A DNA stretch of 13,738 nucleotides, taken from positions 1 through 13,738 of the forward strand of contig NW_021824051.1 of assembly GCF_006345805.1 (NCBI RefSeq), written 5' to 3'. This document shows positions 10,482 to 13,738 of the stretch, in pieces. Source of the stretch: Octopus sinensis (lineage: Eukaryota). Under the pieces are notes generated by a model that worked only from the letters and a program-made list of their open reading frames with translations, was not told the DNA's origin and made no database searches. The translations under genes were made by a program, and so were the position numbers. Within the stretch, counting starts at the first letter, position 1. Every line of letters begins with the position of its first letter.

Positions 10482-11133
10482 TATGTGTATATAGGGAACT
10501 AGTTGCTGTGTGTGCATGTGTGTGTGTGGATATGTTGTGTGTATGCGTGTATGTGAGTATGTGTGTGTATGTGTATATATATTTTCTGTGTGTATATGTA
10601 TGTGTGGTCGTGTGTGTATATATACATGTGTGTATACGTGTATGCATGTGAGTGTGTGTATGTATACATATATGTGTATGTGTAGATATGGATATGTATG
10701 TGTAAGTGTATATATATGTATATATGTGTGTGTGTATGTATGTGTGTATGTATATGTATGTACGTTTGTGTGTGTGTGTATATATGTATACATATGTGCA
10801 TAGGTATAAGTGAGAATCTCCCTATTTACCTAAAACTCTATTCTCTTTTTTTTTTATATATATATATATTTTTATATTTTTATATATTTTTTTTATTTTT
10901 TTATTTTTTTATTTTTTTATTTATTCTTCTATCTAATTTAACACTGACTCCTTGACCACTCCCCCAAGTATGATATTTTGCGCTATGCCTACCCCCAAAA
11001 AGTCCCCCACCAAAACCCCTTTAAACATGCCTAAATGTATAAATGCCAATACAATTCTTGTTAACTAGCTTCCTGAAGATTTCCTTGAATGAAACAGTTC
11101 TAGTCCTGTAGAAGCTCCTTCTATATAATAAAT
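10482..11133 (+). repeat. Right arm of long inverted repeat, fused directly to the truncated RT
   Basis: Reverse complement of 5551-6181. It abuts the RT coding sequence at 10481/10482 and continues with a further ~69 bp (11134-11202) absent from the left arm. Confidence 0.95.
11067..11116 (+). ncRNA. Type I hammerhead ribozyme motif
   Basis: Stem I AGCTTC (11067-72)/GAAGCT (11111-16), core CTGAAGA (11073-79), stem II TTC-CTT-GAA, GAA (11091-93), stem III ACAG (11094-97)/CTGT (11106-09). Predicted GUA cleavage after 11110. Stem II closes with U-U instead of the usual G-C. Confidence 0.75.
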
Positions 11134-11202
11134 TAATTTTACTCTACTATGTATTGAGTACCTTATTTACTGTGGTTAACCCGAATCAACCCGGGACCTA
11201 CT

Positions 11203-11269
11203 TATATATAATATATATATATATATAATATATATTATATATATATATATATATACATATATATATTAC

Positions 11270-11303
<34 letters not shown>

Positions 11304-11350
11304 CATAATATATAATATATATATATATATATATACATATAATATATATA
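11203..11350. repeat. (TA)n microsatellite
   Basis: Directly visible. Confidence 0.95.
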
Positions 11351-11716
11351 GCCGCAGTAGTGGCTGTGTGGTAAGTAGTTTGTTTACCAACCACATGGTT
11401 CCGTATTCAGTCACTGCGTGGCTCCTCGGGCCGGCCAAAGCCTTGTGAGTGGATTTGGTAGACGGAAACTGAAAGAAGCTGTCGTTTATGCATATATATA
11501 TGTATGTATGTGTGAGAGTGTATGTGTGTATGCGTTTGTGTCTGTGCTTGTCCCCCACCATCGCTTGACAACCGATGCTGGTGTGTTTACGTCCCCGTAA
11601 CTTAGCGGTTCGGCAAAAGAAACCGATAGAATAAGTACAAGGCTTACGAAGAATAAGTCCTGGGGTCAATTTGCTCGACTAAAGGCGGTGCTCCTGCATG
11701 GCCGCAGAATAAAAGA

Positions 11717-11718
<2 letters not shown>
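11351..11718 (+). mobile_element. tRNA-derived SINE (octopus OK-type-like) with internal microsatellite and two short deletions
   Basis: A box TGGCTGTGTGG (11361-71) and degenerate B box GTATTCAGTC. Body CCAAAGCCTTGTGAGTGGATTTGGTAGACGGAAACTGAAAGAAG, internal (TA/TG)n, and tail CCTGGGGTCAATTTGCTCGACTAAAGGCGGTGCTCCTGCATGGCCGCAG homologous to the array unit. Confidence 0.9.
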
Positions 11719-11750
<32 letters not shown>

Positions 11751-11768
11751 CTGTGTGTGTGTGTATAT

Positions 11769-12058
11769 ATGCCAAGTGGTTTGGGCGTTGCACTCAGGAG
11801 CGCGAGATCGTGGTTTCAATTCCTAGACCAGGTGGTGTGTTGTGATCTTGAGCAAAGCACTTCCTCTCATGTTGCTCTGTGATCACTTCGACACTCGTAG
11901 CGTGGTGCACTCCTGCATCTGTGCAGGTAATGTTGATTTGATGGAAAGGGTGAGGTAATGTGTAGCACGAACATTTGATCTCTATATACAAATCACTTGT
12001 GCAGGTCGATCAAATAAAGCTGAATGCTCATACGTCATCTTCGACAGCAGAGTCCATC

Positions 12059-12061
<3 letters not shown>
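11769..12061 (+). mobile_element. tRNA-derived SINE of a further family
   Basis: A-box-like TGCCAAGTGGTT and B-box-like GTTTCAATTCC, then GTGTTGTGATCTTGAGCAAAGCACTT as in the other SINE heads. The body ends TTCGACAGCAGAGTCCATCAT before (TA)n. Confidence 0.8.
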
Positions 12062-12099
<38 letters not shown>

Positions 12100-12100
<1 letters not shown>

Positions 12101-12348
12101 GATATGAGAGGATTTGTCAAGAAGACCCCAAGGTGTCCGGTAACGCTAAGTAAACTCCAGGTTCGATAATGGTACGATAAGGAGTCCAACGTAGGTTGTG
12201 TATTAGCATGCGTATATATATATACGCTCAGGAAAGAAGGAAAGAAGGAGGGTTTAACTTTTCGAGCGGAGCTCTTCGTCGGAAACATAGGAAAAGGAAA
12301 GATCCAGAGAAGGGAAGACAGAGGAAAAAAAATCGCCAACGGTACACG
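12100..12348 (-). mobile_element. PLE-type terminal fragment with degenerate minimal hammerhead, ending in (TA)n
   Basis: Minus strand GTTT CCGACGA A GAGC TCC GCTC GAAAA GTT AAAC (12286-12252), then CTGAGCGT(AT)n ACGCATGCTAATACAC, ending CATATCC|TATA at 12100. Confidence 0.55.
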
Positions 12349-12638
12349 AGATAAAAAAATCCAAGGCTGTGAATAGTTTTCAGAATATTTATAAAGAGAA
12401 TGTTTTACAGCTGTTACCGCGATATTTTATATATCTCTTCATCTGAGACAGTGCGAGAAAATGTTTAAGTAATTATTAAATGACCCCTTTGTAAGAGATG
12501 GAACCTCCAAAAATTAAACTAGGATTACAGGAATCTCATATCCTAGGGTGGAGATCCTGTTAATGATGGTGTCAGGGAGGGAAAAATAGTGGTGGTTGTG
12601 CAACCTAAAATTCACTAACCCTTATCAAGAGTACTGAA

Positions 12639-13738
12639 ATGTCAAATAAAAATAGAAATGAGAATGGCTTGAATGAGGCTGGAAAAACTTGTGAAGGTCT
12701 CTTACTCGGTGGATACCCCACGGGGGAGCAGTGTGGGCCCAATCAACATCAAGCAATTGCTAAAAGAAGGTGGACGAAAGAAATGAATGTGGCTGTAATG
12801 GAGTGCTACTTTCTGGGTAATCTGAGAAATGATAATAGAGTACCCGCTAGGGGATATAGGAAAAGAATGCACAGGGCATGGAGAGACAGAGGCCTATTTG
12901 AATTAAGTGAACAAAATCTGTGTGACCAAGCTAGAAACCATCAGAAAGAATGAATGGTTATCTCCAGTTGAATTAGAAAGCATTAAGAGATGGGTGCTTG
13001 GAAGCACTCCGTCGGCTACGACGATGAGGGTTCCGGTTGATCCGAATCAACGGAACAGCCTGCTCGTGAAATTAACGTGTAAGTGACTGAGCACTCCACA
13101 GACACGTGTACCCTTAACGTAGTTCTCGGGGATATTCAGCGTGACACAGAGAGTGACAAGGCCGGCCCTTTGAAATACAGGTACAACAGAAACAGGAACT
13201 AAGAGTAAGAGAAAGTTGTGGTGAAAGAGTACAGCAGGGATCACTACCATCCCTGCCGGAGCCTCGTGGAGCTTTTAGGTCTTTTCGCTCAATAAACACT
13301 CACAACGCCCGGTCTGGGAATCGAAACCGCGATCCTACGACCGCGAGTCCGCTGCCCTAACCACTGGGCCATTGCGCCTCCACTATGATGGGTGCTTAGG
13401 GATAGTAAGACCAGCGCTGAACAGAAAAATGGGGGAGTGAATGCAGATAGTGAAACTGGTAGTGGATTTAAAGGAAGAAAACGAGCATGAGGCTGAGATT
13501 ATTGGTCAGGAAAGCGATGAGAGAACACAAGGAGGAGATATCCATTTTAAATGAAATCATTATATTTGGACCTCCGGTGAACAGAGCTTTCATGGGGGGT
13601 TTAAAAAAGTAGACAGAAAGAAATTCAATGAATGTCAGGAAGATAAATGATATCATGTGGACATAGACTGACATCATCACGACACCATAATCTGATAAAT
13701 GCAATCTCGATCTTTATAGCTTGGAAGTTAGGCTTGAA
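12639..13738 (+). pseudogene. N-terminal part of an R4/Dong-clade-like non-LTR retrotransposon ORF, degraded and SINE-interrupted
   Basis: RRWTKEMNVAVMECYF...GYRKRMHRAWRDRGLFELSEQNLCDQAR-(-1)-TIRKNEWLSPVELESIKRWVL, resuming after the SINE as RDSKTSAEQK. Further on are GFKKVDRKKFNE and NLINAISIFIAWKLGL. These match the N-terminal motifs I recall for R4/Dong/Rex6 proteins. In-frame TGA at 13552-13554 and frameshifts. Runs off the window end. Confidence 0.72.
13000..13386 (-). mobile_element. Full-length tRNA-derived SINE (octopus OR1-type-like) with 11-bp TSD
   Basis: Head GTGGAGGCGCAATGGCCCAGTGGTTAGGGCAGCGG with B-box-like GTTTCGATTCC, and 3' end CCGACGGAGTGCTTCC. TSD GATGGGTGCTT at 12989-12999 and 13387-13397. 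Confidence 0.92.

Larger units (their letters stand above)
5551..11202 (-). mobile_element. Penelope-like retroelement insertion: 5'-truncated body with an inverted copy of its 3' end, in (TA)n
   Basis: RT/GIY-YIG coding remnant at 9074-10480 (-), inverted arms at 5551-6181 and 10482-11133, a hammerhead in each arm, and (TA)n on both outer sides. That 6182-9073 belongs to the same element is inferred from its consistent CA-rich (plus-strand) polarity. Confidence 0.8.

Noticed and set aside
2066-11669. Numerous Y/I/H/T- and C/V/M-rich ORFs in the track, including the 257-aa ORF at 7409-8182
   Set aside because: They are translations of TA/CA/TG microsatellites or T-rich repeat sequence, with no domain-like content.
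12210-12227. Perfect palindrome GCG(TA)6CGC
   Set aside because: Mostly self-complementary (TA)n. Three flanking matches are expected by chance in this window.
13300-13383. tRNA gene
   Set aside because: It has A and B boxes but no convincing cloverleaf, and it continues into a SINE body bounded by a TSD. The same applies to the other SINE heads.

Overview
AT-rich, microsatellite-dense eukaryotic DNA made almost entirely of transposable-element debris. I see no host gene, and most ORFs in the track are microsatellite artefacts. The SINE families resemble the tRNA-derived octopus SINEs, so the source is probably a cephalopod (recalled, not searched). There are five main structures. (1) A 380-bp non-autonomous Helitron with canonical termini. 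(2) A ~2.1-kb array of 23 near-identical 93-bp units copied from a SINE 3' tail. (3) A ~5.65-kb Penelope-like element (PLE) insertion at 5551-11202: a 5'-truncated RT + C-terminal GIY-YIG ORF on the minus strand, bracketed by ~630-650-bp inverted arms that each carry a type I hammerhead ribozyme fold. (4) Several further PLE-type terminal fragments sitting in (TA)n, two with degenerate hammerhead motifs. (5) The 5' part of an R4/Dong-like non-LTR retrotransposon interrupted by a SINE with an 11-bp target-site duplication. These are known element classes. The parts worth follow-up are their arrangement, the ribozyme variants and the SINE-tail satellite.
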